A DNA stretch of 64,000 nucleotides from an uncultured virus (IMG/VR IMGVR_UViG_2814123274_000001) (lineage: Duplodnaviria > Heunggongvirae > Uroviricota > Caudoviricetes). Made by a program: the position numbers and the translations under genes. Positions 63,186 to 64,000 of this stretch are shown piece after piece. Positions within the stretch are counted from its first letter, which is position 1. The number at the start of each line of letters is the position of its first letter. Under the pieces are notes generated by a model. That model ran no database searches and had not been told where the DNA came from. It was given only the letters and a program-made list of their open reading frames with translations. The stretch is taken from the IMG/VR virus record IMGVR_UViG_2814123274_000001; one strand, given 5' to 3'.

Positions 63186-64000
63186 CTCACATCAAAGGGC
63201 GTCGCAGCGTCTTCATGGGGTTCCCCGGCACTGAACCAGGGCGGCATATCATCCTCGGCCTTCACATAGGGATCATCTGAGATAAACCATTCAAAGTCGC
63301 CGTATTTGGAAATATCCGCGACAGCGGCATCCACCATAGCGTCGTAGTAGCCCCGGTCAATGCCGTCCTCTTTACCGAGCTGTTTGACCATCTCAGACTC
63401 CAGCCAGCGATAGCCCTTGGTCCCACCGGCCAAGGCGTAGCTCTTCTCGCCGGTCTTCTTATCCACGACTTCCCGCAGCAGCAAGCCTCCATTGTAGCCG
63501 GGTTTCATGGGGCAGAAGGAGCCGACCTTTCCCACGAAAATATAATTGTGACCCTGCTCGATCAGTGCGCCAAGTTCTTCATCGGAAACATGCCCCCATG
63601 TCTCAAGTAAGGCTTGATCCTTTTTGCTGGTATGCTGATCAAGGAACTTTTCGCCAGTTGTAGGATTCAAAATATAAGCTGTTTTCCGAAGAACAGAAAC
63701 TCGCTCATACTCGGAAACATCTGGCAAAGTCTCGTTCGTATCCAAATACAGCGCGCTGGTGACCGACTTGGTCTCGCACATATCCTCGAACAAGATTTCC
63801 TCTTTGGAGAACAGTTTCTTGAACACATACGGAATCTGGAACTGGGTGCCGGTCGCCGTCCATTCGCCGGGGTGCTTCCGAATATCACCCGGCACATACC
63901 CATACGCCTGCTGGCATTTCTCCTCCGTGGCATATTTGGCAATGTAGACCGCGTTGTTCACCAGGCACATCCGGTCATAGGTGGCCTCGTGCTCAAAGAC
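63182..64000 (-). CDS. DNA polymerase C-terminal part (5' end beyond the window)
   Basis: Frame open to the window edge (VFEHEATYDRMCLVNNAVYIAKY...WTATGTQFQ...GTKGYRWLESE...YY); catalytic motifs not in the window. Confidence 0.65.
   Translation of the reverse strand, partial: VFEHEATYDRMCLVNNAVYIAKYATEEKCQQAYGYVPGDIRKHPGEWTATGTQFQIPYVFKKLFSKEEILFEDMCETKSVTSALYLDTNETLPDVSEYERVSVLRKTAYILNPTTGEKFLDQHTSKKDQALLETWGHVSDEELGALIEQGHNYIFVGKVGSFCPMKPGYNGGLLLREVVDKKTGEKSYALAGGTKGYRWLESEMVKQLGKEDGIDRGYYDAMVDAAVADISKYGDFEWFISDDPYVKAEDDMPPWFSAGEPHEDAATPFDVR

Noticed and set aside
1..64000. tRNA/rRNA genes, integrase, IS elements
   Set aside because: None recognised by eye; an integrase may lie beyond the right edge, so prophage status is inferred only.

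Overview
Almost the whole window (~650-64000) is one long-tailed (siphovirus-type) phage or prophage, with nearly all genes on the minus strand. A Bacillota/Clostridia-like host is inferred from strong AGGAGG ribosome-binding sites and the gene families present. In transcription order (right to left): DNA polymerase C-terminus, SSB, methylase-like gene, SF2 helicase; a long accessory region (HD protein, ADP-ribosylhydrolase, ThyX-like, MazG-like, putative toxin/immunity cassette, RtcB, many small ORFs); an iteron/inverted-repeat origin candidate (~43.3-43.6 kb); two nucleases; a 906-aa single-chain two-barrel RNA polymerase-like protein (GADFDGD); cos-like region, HNH, terminase, portal, protease-capsid fusion; tail and lysis genes; a ~3175-aa tape measure; baseplate and fibres; a diversity-generating retroelement (target VR, TR, atypical RT with QMDN in place of YxDD, no obvious Avd); and a parA pseudogene at the left edge. 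The most striking signal is a shared (L/M)xH-(Y/H)G..GMKWGVRR-type peptide on six otherwise unrelated proteins, including the RNA polymerase and a toxin-like protein followed by immunity-like genes. It resembles (L/M)xH sites in the protease-capsid precursor and suggests a capsid cargo-loading/delivery system (inference). Two recurrent DNA motifs, a bipartite candidate phage promoter and TTGATATTT, structure the accessory region. All functional calls come from motif recognition by eye; no database searches were run.
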